A DNA stretch of 35,909 nt from a virus, in IMG/VR virus record IMGVR_UViG_3300028630_000004, positions 1-35,909 of that record, one strand, 5' to 3'. A model generated the notes under the pieces. The model did not search any database and had not been told where the DNA came from. It was given only the letters and a program-made list of their open reading frames with translations. Made by a program: the position numbers and the translations under genes. Every line of letters begins with the position of its first letter. Position 1 is the first letter of the stretch. Shown in pieces: positions 15,701 to 22,139 of the stretch.

Positions 15701-15963
15701 CCTGCCCCTTTTACGTCGCCAGTCGGCACCCGTGTGCCCTCGGCGAACCGGACGGCCGGCACTGCGGGCCGAAGCAGTACCCGGTCTCGCCCTGCAACCT
15801 GGACGAGATCGGGCGCGGGGATGCGTGGCGGTCCATCGAAGGGTGGATAACGCGCCCGTTCGTTGATATCGACCCCGCGTCCCTGCCGTGGGTGCGATAT
15901 GGCGTTCTGCCGGACATGCCGGCACCCCCGGGGCTCTTCGACGCCGTCGGGTGGTCGCCATGA
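15697..15963 (+). CDS. Hypothetical protein
   Basis: 88-aa ORF with ATGA overlaps. Confidence 0.4.
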   Translation: MTCPFYVASRHPCALGEPDGRHCGPKQYPVSPCNLDEIGRGDAWRSIEGWITRPFVDIDPASLPWVRYGVLPDMPAPPGLFDAVGWSP

Positions 15964-16439
15964 GCACGGCCGCGCGGCGCATCGGGTTCAGCCCGATGGT
16001 TCCGGCACCGAAGAAGACGAAGGCGGGGAAGCAGCCGCACCGGCGCGTGGTCGAGGACGGCTATACGTTCGGTAGCGAAACCGAGCGCGCGTTCTACCGG
16101 GTTCTGAAACTCTTGCGCGCGGCCGGCCGGATCACGGCGATCGAGCCGCACCCCGCGTTCTCGATCCAGGCGAAGTTCACGAACGCCCGCGGCATCAGGC
16201 GGGCCGCGCGGAAGTACACGGCGGACTTCCGGGTAACGCTCGCGGACGGCTCGGAGCGCGTCTTCGAGGTGAAGGGCGCGAAGAAAACGAAGGGGGTCGT
16301 CGGCCCGTTCTGGACGCTGGATTACAAGATCCGGCGGGACGCCGTCGAGCTGCAGTACGGGATCGCCATCTGGACGGTCTACCCCGACGGCGGCCGGTGG
16401 ATCGACGCGGACACCAAACTGCCGGTGGTGTGGCCGTGA
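15960..16439 (+). CDS. DUF1064-type (PD-(D/E)XK-like) nuclease, possible junction resolvase
   Basis: DGYTFGSETERAFYRVLKLL..GRI..IEPHPAFSI....YTADFRVTLADGSERVFEVKG matches the DUF1064 pattern (DG..F.S..E...Y..L......I..l..qp.f.l....YtaDF.v...dG...v.EvKG). Confidence 0.6.
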   Translation: MSTAARRIGFSPMVPAPKKTKAGKQPHRRVVEDGYTFGSETERAFYRVLKLLRAAGRITAIEPHPAFSIQAKFTNARGIRRAARKYTADFRVTLADGSERVFEVKGAKKTKGVVGPFWTLDYKIRRDAVELQYGIAIWTVYPDGGRWIDADTKLPVVWP

Positions 16440-16630
16440 CAGTCGCCGACGAGTGGGGCGCGTTCGAGGCCGAGGTCGTGGCCGCGTGCGACCTCATGAA
16501 CGGCGAGATCAAGGAGGCGATGGCGACGCTGGACCCGCAGAAAGGACCGCCCCGGCCGGCGTATCGCGTGGTTACTCGGACGATGAAGGAAGCGGGACGT
16601 CGGGACTGGCGGGGGGCTCGAGAAGAATGA
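16436..16630 (+). CDS. Hypothetical small protein
   Basis: GTGA overlap start; 64 aa. Confidence 0.3.
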   Translation: MTVADEWGAFEAEVVAACDLMNGEIKEAMATLDPQKGPPRPAYRVVTRTMKEAGRRDWRGAREE

Positions 16631-16739
16631 CCATGCATCGGCGGCCAATCCACGCTTTAGGTACGTGTATGCGCCCGCTGCTCGTCGCATCACCGATGAG
16701 CCGATCGACTGAGTCGAAGCCTTCGACCGTTACGGTTCG

Positions 16740-16861
16740 TGGTATCATTTCTACAACATTGTTACGCAACCTACTTATAATGTGCGCTACAAATAATTAT
16801 AACAAAGTTACGCAAGGTGAGAGAATGGCCCACGACCAAGTAACAGCGGTGAGGTGCGAGA
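16740..16861 (+). promoter_or_regulatory. Promoter/operator region for block 2
   Basis: GTTACGCAA direct repeat at 16761 and 16808 brackets two TTATAA motifs (acttataatg, aaataattataac). The near-palindrome accgttacggt lies upstream. SD-like ggtgaggtg precedes GTG 16862. Confidence 0.45.
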
Positions 16862-18106
16862 GTGATTGAAGCCGCGCTCGCAGTCTCACCAGTCGGAACG
16901 TATAGCACCCTGCCCATATCATCCATTCGGGTTAAGGACGGCAGGCGCCCGATCAACGGATCGAAGGTCCGCGAGATCGCAGACTCGATCCCGCTCGTCG
17001 GCCTGATCAACCCGATCACGGTCTCGACCGACAACGTCTTGATCGCCGGGCTCCACCGGATCGAGGCGTTTAAGTCGCTCGGGCTACGGGAGATCCCGGC
17101 GCTCGTCTTTTCCTACGACGAGATACAGGCGAAGCTCGCCGAAGTCCTCGAGAACTCCGCCCGCGCCGACCTCTCTGAACTCGCGAAAGGGCAGGCGCTC
17201 CTCGAGGCGAAGACGCTCTACGAGGCCATGCACCCCGAGACGAAGCACGTTTCGGAACGAGGGGGGCCAGGGAGGGGCAATAAAACAGACGAATCTGATT
17301 CGCCTGTTTTGGCGTTCACATCAACCGTGGCAAACGACGCCGGGACCACGGCGCGCGCGATCCAAACGTCGATCCAGATCGCGAAGGCGATCGCACCCGA
17401 CGTCCAGGAGGCGATCGCCGGCACCGACCTCGCCGACTCGAAAAAAGACCTGCTCAACCTCGCCCGTATCAAGGACCCGGAGAAACAGCGCGAGGTCGCC
17501 CGGAAGGTAATCGAGGGGGAGGCGAAGGACGTCCACACGGCCTACATCAATGTGAACCGCGCCGAGAAGCTCGAGGCGCTCGCCGAACCGGCGCCCATGA
17601 GCACCGCGGCGGGCTCCTATAATGTGATCCTCGCCGATCCCCCGTGGCGGTATGAGTTTTCAGAGACGTCCGGTCGCAAGGTCGAGAACCACTACCCGAC
17701 GATGGAACTGGACGAGATCGCGGCGCTCGAGGTCCCGGCCGACGAGACCGCGATCCTCTTCCTATGGACAACCGCCCCGAAGCTCGAGGAGGGGCTAGAC
17801 ATCCTACGGGCGTGGGGCTTCACGTACAAGACCTGCGCGATCTGGGACAAACTGAAGAAAGGGCTCGGCTACTACTTCCGCGTTCGTCACGAGATCCTGC
17901 TCGTCGGGACGCGGGGCGACTTCCCGACGCCGGCCGCCGAGACCCGGTTCGATTCGGTCTTCGCCGTGCCGAAGGGCGAACACTCAGCGAAGCCGGCAAT
18001 CGTCCACGAAATGATCGAGGCCATGTACCCGAAGGCCCGGCGCCTCGAGGTCTTCGCACGGGCGGCCCGGCCCGGGTGGGCGGTGTGGGGCAATGAAGCG
18101 CCATAA
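16862..18106 (+). CDS. ParB N-terminal domain fused to an MT-A70-family N6-adenine DNA methyltransferase
   Basis: ParB-like LVGLINPITVSTDNVLIAGLHRIEAFKSLGLREIPALV. MT-A70 motifs ILADPPWRYE, HYPTM, LFLWTT, AWGFTY, HSAKP, LEVFARAARPGWAVWGNEA. Confidence 0.85.
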   Translation: MIEAALAVSPVGTYSTLPISSIRVKDGRRPINGSKVREIADSIPLVGLINPITVSTDNVLIAGLHRIEAFKSLGLREIPALVFSYDEIQAKLAEVLENSARADLSELAKGQALLEAKTLYEAMHPETKHVSERGGPGRGNKTDESDSPVLAFTSTVANDAGTTARAIQTSIQIAKAIAPDVQEAIAGTDLADSKKDLLNLARIKDPEKQREVARKVIEGEAKDVHTAYINVNRAEKLEALAEPAPMSTAAGSYNVILADPPWRYEFSETSGRKVENHYPTMELDEIAALEVPADETAILFLWTTAPKLEEGLDILRAWGFTYKTCAIWDKLKKGLGYYFRVRHEILLVGTRGDFPTPAAETRFDSVFAVPKGEHSAKPAIVHEMIEAMYPKARRLEVFARAARPGWAVWGNEAP

Positions 18107-18713
18107 TTTTGACGTGAGCCTCGAGTATTCGCACCGGGCATCGGTAGAAGGCATATTCGATGCCGCGTACCGCGAGTGGTTCCCCGACCTGCAACGGATC
18201 GAACTCGTCGAAGACATGGCCCGGCAGCGGAGAGGGATCGATAAGGTGCTCCACTTCGCAGCGGGCAACTCGTGGACGGTCGATGAGAAGATGCGGAAGG
18301 AAGATTACGGGGACATTCTGATCGAGACAATCTCCGTTTTCCAGAATAACCAGAAGGTGAAAAAAGGATGGATCTACACCTGCCAGTGCGACTTTATCGT
18401 CTACGGGATCGAGCCAACGCGGAAAGCGTACCTCCTCCCTGTGCCCCTCCTGAAGAAGGCGTGGTTGAAGAACCATCATGTGTGGGAGCAGACCCATCGA
18501 TCGGTCACTGCCAGGAACGAGAGGAACGGATCCCGGTGGGAGACGATCTCGACGGCGGTCCCGATCCGCGATCTCCTCGACGCGATCCGCCTCGAAATGA
18601 TCAGAAACTTCCACGAAAAACCAGAATCGGGCGGGCAGATGTCGCTTTTCGACTTCAAAAAGCCGGCACTTTACCAGGCCCACGAGTATTCTTTCGAGGA
18701 GATCGCCGCATGA
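18093..18713 (+). CDS. Hypothetical protein with a possible PD-(D/E)XK nuclease motif; GC visibly lower than its neighbours
   Basis: 206-aa ORF with ..GIDKV..(13 aa)..VDEKMRKEDYGDILIE. The codon third positions are much less G/C-rich than in flanking genes. Confidence 0.5.
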   Translation: MKRHNFDVSLEYSHRASVEGIFDAAYREWFPDLQRIELVEDMARQRRGIDKVLHFAAGNSWTVDEKMRKEDYGDILIETISVFQNNQKVKKGWIYTCQCDFIVYGIEPTRKAYLLPVPLLKKAWLKNHHVWEQTHRSVTARNERNGSRWETISTAVPIRDLLDAIRLEMIRNFHEKPESGGQMSLFDFKKPALYQAHEYSFEEIAA

Positions 18714-18979
18714 GCCCCGAAACACAGTGCCATTTTGGTACAGGAGGTGACGGGATAGAGACTTATTACTCCGTCGACAGGCGGGGGCGCGGAAACGCGT
18801 TTGACGTGGTTAGGCAGTCATGGTTAGGCGCGGCCGGGCGAGGCGGGGCGAGGCACGGCGAGGCGAGGCAGTCAGGGTTAGGTCGGGCTTGGCAGGGCTG
18901 GGTTGGGCACGGCGCGGCAGTCGAGGCACGGCGAGGCGAGGCGAGGTATGGCAGGGCACGGCTCGGCAGTCGAGGTTAG
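18710..18979 (+). CDS. Doubtful ORF; the first ~30 codons may be real, the rest runs into the repeat array
   Basis: ATGA overlap start, but from about 18810 the translation is just the period-5 repeat read in one frame. Confidence 0.15.
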   Translation: MSPETQCHFGTGGDGIETYYSVDRRGRGNAFDVVRQSWLGAAGRGGARHGEARQSGLGRAWQGWVGHGAAVEARRGEARYGRARLGSRG

Positions 18980-19284
18980 GCGTGGCATGGTGCGGCCCGG
19001 CAAGGCGAGGCAGTCATGGTTCGGCGAGGCGAGGCGAGGTATGGCATGGCACGGCGAGGCAGTCGAGGTGTGGTGAGGCGGGGCGAGGCCCGTTATGTTG
19101 AGGCAGTCGGGGTGAGGTCTGGCGTGGCACGGCGAGGCGCGGCACGGCAAGGCGCGGCAGTCGGGGCGAGTTCCGGCTAGGCGTGTCGGGGCAGTCTTGG
19201 CGGGGTCCGGCAAGGCGTGGCATGGCAAGGCGAGGCAGTCATGGCAAGGTGTGGCGAGGCCCGGCGAGGCACGGCGCGGCAGAC
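18813..19284 (+). repeat. G-rich, pentanucleotide-phased repeat array: 10 units headed by GGCAGTC plus a terminal GGCAGAC
   Basis: GGCAGTC at 18813, 18867, 18916, 18965, 19009, 19058, 19102, 19156, 19190 and 19234; GGCAGAC at 19278. Spacings are 54, 49, 49, 44, 49, 44, 54, 34, 44, 44, all of the form 5n-1. Unit interiors are runs of G(C/T)NNG pentamers. Confidence 0.9.
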
Positions 19285-19316
19285 ATGGGAACACACAATC
19301 TAAGGAGTGATTAAAA

Positions 19317-19937
19317 ATGGCAGTAGCTAGGAAGGCGGGGGGTCCGGTCGAACTGACTCCCCTGAAGATCAGCACGGTCAAGATACCGATTATCGGTGTG
19401 ACGCCGCTGATCACGCACAACTGGTCAGAGAAGGCCAGGAAACAGATTAAGGGCAAGCAGGGCGGCAAGGCCGTCGCGAAGAAGGCGCCGAAGGTTCCTG
19501 AAGAGGACTATGAGGGCGCCTTCTATCGGTTCGATGACGGTCGGCCCGGGTTCCCGGCGTCCGGCTTCAAGGCCGCGATTGTCGGCGGCGCCAGGATGTT
19601 CGACGGCATCCCCATGACGAAACTCAAAGTGGCCGTGCGCGTCGAAGCAGAGGACGAAAGCGGGCTCGTCGAGATCAAGGGGTCGGCGCCGAAGATGCGC
19701 GAGGATATGGTCCGTCTCGAGACAGGCGTGGCCGACATCCGATACCGCCCCGAGTTCACCGAATGGCACGCGACTCTGACGATCACGTTCAACGAGTCCA
19801 TGCTATCCCAGGAGCAGCTCGTGAACCTCGTCAACGCGGCCGGCTTCGGCGGAGTCGGCGAATGGCGCCCGAGTGCGCCGAAGTCGGCGAGCGGTTCGTA
19901 CGGATGCTTCCGCGTCAAGACGGAGGCGGACGAATGA
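19317..19937 (+). CDS. Conserved-looking protein of unknown function; first gene after the array
   Basis: AGGAG SD 10 nt upstream. 206 aa with a Lys-rich linker and a Gly-rich C-terminal loop (AAGFGGVGEWRPSAPKSASGSYGCFRV). Family not recognised. Confidence 0.55.
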   Translation: MAVARKAGGPVELTPLKISTVKIPIIGVTPLITHNWSEKARKQIKGKQGGKAVAKKAPKVPEEDYEGAFYRFDDGRPGFPASGFKAAIVGGARMFDGIPMTKLKVAVRVEAEDESGLVEIKGSAPKMREDMVRLETGVADIRYRPEFTEWHATLTITFNESMLSQEQLVNLVNAAGFGGVGEWRPSAPKSASGSYGCFRVKTEADE

Positions 19938-20464
19938 CCGACTATGCCTGGAAGACCCCACGGGTCTTCGGTCACGTCGACCCAAACGCGGCGGGAGGGT
20001 TCGTCGAGTCGCTGATTGAGAAACACGGATCGGTTCGTCCGATGACACTGGTCAACGAGAGCCGGCCAGCCGATGCCGTGCTCCATCCAGTTTTCGAGTG
20101 GGACGACACGGTCGCCGCCGAGCGGTTCCGCGAGGAGCAGGGGCGCGGAGTGTTGAAAAACCTCGTCGTGATCTCGCCGGCAACCGAGGCGCGCCCCGAC
20201 CCCGTCGAGCTGCGGGCCTTCGTCCCGGTCACGATCAAGAAGGACGAGGACCGCGGCTACGTGACGATCGAGGAGGTCTTGCACACTCCAGACTACCTGG
20301 AGGAGATGCTCGACCGGGCCCGGCGCGATCTGCTCTCATTTGAGCGGAAGTACGAGATGCTGAAGGACGAGGACGAACTCGCATCGGTCTTCACGGCGAT
20401 CGAATCCCTGAAGAAATCTGCCGACGGTGCGACCGCCTCCCGGGCCGGAGCCGTCAAAGCATGA
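19934..20464 (+). CDS. Hypothetical phage protein (HPVFEWDDTVAAERFREEQGR motif)
   Basis: ATGA overlap; 176 aa. The motif seems familiar from phage genomes, but I cannot name the family. Confidence 0.5.
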   Translation: MTDYAWKTPRVFGHVDPNAAGGFVESLIEKHGSVRPMTLVNESRPADAVLHPVFEWDDTVAAERFREEQGRGVLKNLVVISPATEARPDPVELRAFVPVTIKKDEDRGYVTIEEVLHTPDYLEEMLDRARRDLLSFERKYEMLKDEDELASVFTAIESLKKSADGATASRAGAVKA

Positions 20465-20806
20465 GTACCCAGTACTCAACTTTTTCCCCCCCTCTCAAAA
20501 GCATAAACATATTTCAGTCAAATATGTTTTTCAAAACCCGGTCAACGGCTGTAACCGTTTCAACTTTTCTCAAAGAAATAAACATATTTCACTTCGGTTT
20601 TTCTGCCGCCCCCGAGAGCGCGGTGTCGTACCAAGAGGGAGGTTATAAAGAGACCCTATCCTCAGAGAGAGGGATGTTGTATAGGTTGAACTTGAAAACT
20701 ATATATAACTTCTTACGAGTGTCGGGGCATGGTGGGCGGAGCGGGTCGCCCCGGACGGATCGAAAACTGAAGTCAAATATGTTTATGCCTTTGACCGGAG
20801 GCCGGC
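20465..20806 (+). promoter_or_regulatory. 342-nt AT-rich non-coding control region with repeated operator-like half-sites, a TATA box and a leader hairpin
   Basis: Perfect 10-5-10 palindrome aaacatattt-cagtc-aaatatgttt at 20505-20529. Extra half-sites at 20580-20589 (+) and 20775-20784 (-). actatatataac at 20698-20709. Hairpin gtcggggc..gccccggac at 20721-20756. GGAGG at 20796. Confidence 0.6.
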
Positions 20807-21310
20807 ATGGGACCGTCGACAGTTCACTTTGACGAGGACTTGAAGGAGGCCGCGAAGATGATCGGCGGACATGGGATCGTATCCGAGGTCTGCAATGAGG
20901 CACTTCGACAGTTCGTTTTCCACGACGGTGATCCCGCCGTTCTCCCACTCGCGGCCCGGCAACGGATCGATCAGATCCGCGAACGGATCGAACTCGCCCG
21001 GAACGAAGAGAAGATCATTCACGACTGCTGGGAAGATCTGGTGAAGGCCCGGTTCTCCCCCATCATCAGCCGGTACGGCATCAAGAAGCGAACCCTGGAG
21101 CCGATCATCGAGGAGGCCAAAATGTGGATCTTCGAGAAGTACGGCCGGCTCCCCACAGACGACGAGATCGCCGCCCGGTTCAAGGAGTACTATGCGTCCG
21201 AGCGCCGGCACTGGGGTGAAGAACGCGCCAAGACGTTTCGGACCACGCTTATGAAAGACGTTCAAGAGCCCGGGATCGCGTACCGGGCGAATGGAGAAAC
21301 ACATGTCTGA
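20807..21310 (+). CDS. Protein with an N-terminal RHH-like DNA-binding motif
   Basis: STVHFDEDLKEAAKMIGGHGIVSEVCNEALRQFV resembles an RHH strand-helix-helix. It is the first gene after the control region. Confidence 0.5.
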   Translation: MGPSTVHFDEDLKEAAKMIGGHGIVSEVCNEALRQFVFHDGDPAVLPLAARQRIDQIRERIELARNEEKIIHDCWEDLVKARFSPIISRYGIKKRTLEPIIEEAKMWIFEKYGRLPTDDEIAARFKEYYASERRHWGEERAKTFRTTLMKDVQEPGIAYRANGETHV

Positions 21311-21635
21311 AATTCTCGATCTGTTCGCGCTCACGCTCGCCACCGAACGCGACGCGGCCGGCCTGACCCGGCTCGACCCGGCGATCATCACCGACGCCAC
21401 CGCACGAATGACCGAACTCACCGAACAGGTCCGACTCGGCAACGCCGACGGCATCGACGAGTATGACGCGCTGGCCGACATGCTCGAGACGCTCGCACAA
21501 TTCCGCCGGCAGAAGATCGCCTCGTTCGTTGGCCGCGACCGACCGCCGAACATGCTCCCGGCAGAAGCGGCCTACCTCGACGGGCTGACCGCGCTGACCG
21601 CCACCCTTGAAGACGCCTGGGGGATTCGAGCATGA
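21303..21635 (+). CDS. Small helical protein, possibly GINS A-domain-like
   Basis: Pattern L..L...ER....L..L......(helix)......L..FRRQKIASF.......LPAEAAYLDGLTALTATLEDAW resembles archaeal Gins51/Gins23 (...R..KI...A....LtpeEkelY..L...l). By-eye judgement only. Confidence 0.3.
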   Translation: MSEILDLFALTLATERDAAGLTRLDPAIITDATARMTELTEQVRLGNADGIDEYDALADMLETLAQFRRQKIASFVGRDRPPNMLPAEAAYLDGLTALTATLEDAWGIRA

Positions 21636-21690
21636 CCCCCGTGCAGAATCGTGATCTGTTAACACCGTTAACACATTAGGAGTTTAACCC
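21636..21690 (+). promoter_or_regulatory. Short intergenic region with tandem GTTAACAC repeats and an SD
   Basis: gttaacac at 21658 and 21667, each containing the palindrome GTTAAC; aggag at 21679. Confidence 0.3.
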
Positions 21691-22026
21691 ATGACACAAG
21701 TTAACCCCGCCTCACACGAGGCATACCGCCTCATCGCCGAGGACGCCATCGCAGACGACGAGTACATCAGGATCGGCGCGAACGCGCTCGGGATCTGCGC
21801 GTCCGGCGCCGCCGACGGCATCGGCACACCACCGATCGCGGCCCCCTGGCCGGCCGTCCTCGAGCACGCACCCACGGCCGAACTGGTCCGTGCTCTCGTG
21901 TGCCGCGGTGCCGCCGTATCGTGCCACCGCACCGAGAACCACAAGGAGATCGTCGAATGGGTCGACATGCTCAATTGGCCCGGCCACACCGACGTGGTAC
22001 TCGTCCCACTGGAGCCCGAACTATGA
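21691..22026 (+). CDS. Hypothetical protein
   Basis: 111-aa ORF with an SD. Confidence 0.45.
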   Translation: MTQVNPASHEAYRLIAEDAIADDEYIRIGANALGICASGAADGIGTPPIAAPWPAVLEHAPTAELVRALVCRGAAVSCHRTENHKEIVEWVDMLNWPGHTDVVLVPLEPEL

Positions 22027-22139
22027 CCATCACCACAACAATCCCCAAGGCCGAGCGGTACGTCCTGCTTGCCGTCCTCTGCATCGCCCTGCTATACACC
22101 ATCGGCACCGTGCCGTTCATCATGGGGTGGACGGGATGA
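22023..22139 (+). CDS. Single-pass membrane peptide (38 aa)
   Basis: MTITTTIPKAERYVLLAVLCIALLYTIGTVPFIMGWTG; ATGA overlaps at both ends. Confidence 0.4.
   Translation: MTITTTIPKAERYVLLAVLCIALLYTIGTVPFIMGWTG

Noticed and set aside
18813-19284. Possible CRISPR array
   Set aside because: The units are 34-54 bp with no alternation of a conserved repeat and unique spacers. The unit interiors are themselves degenerate pentamer repeats, and no cas genes are present.
18820-19468. Long ORFs across the repeat array (18820-19101 +, 18878-19468 -, 19014-19223 -) that translate to RRGEA- or PCHALP-type pseudo-repeats
   Set aside because: They are open only because a period-5 G-rich repeat lacks stop codons. 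The same peptide pattern appears in every frame, there is no SD, and the minus-strand ORF starts antisense inside gene 19317.
20730-20770. Possible tRNA (ggatcgaaa resembles a T-loop)
   Set aside because: No complementary T-stem, acceptor stem or anticodon arm could be built around it. I saw no convincing tRNA anywhere in the window.
20461-20832. 123-aa ORF spanning the AT-rich control region
   Set aside because: It runs through TATA-like and palindromic elements, has odd composition and no SD, and overlaps the well-supported start at 20807. The region behaves as non-coding.
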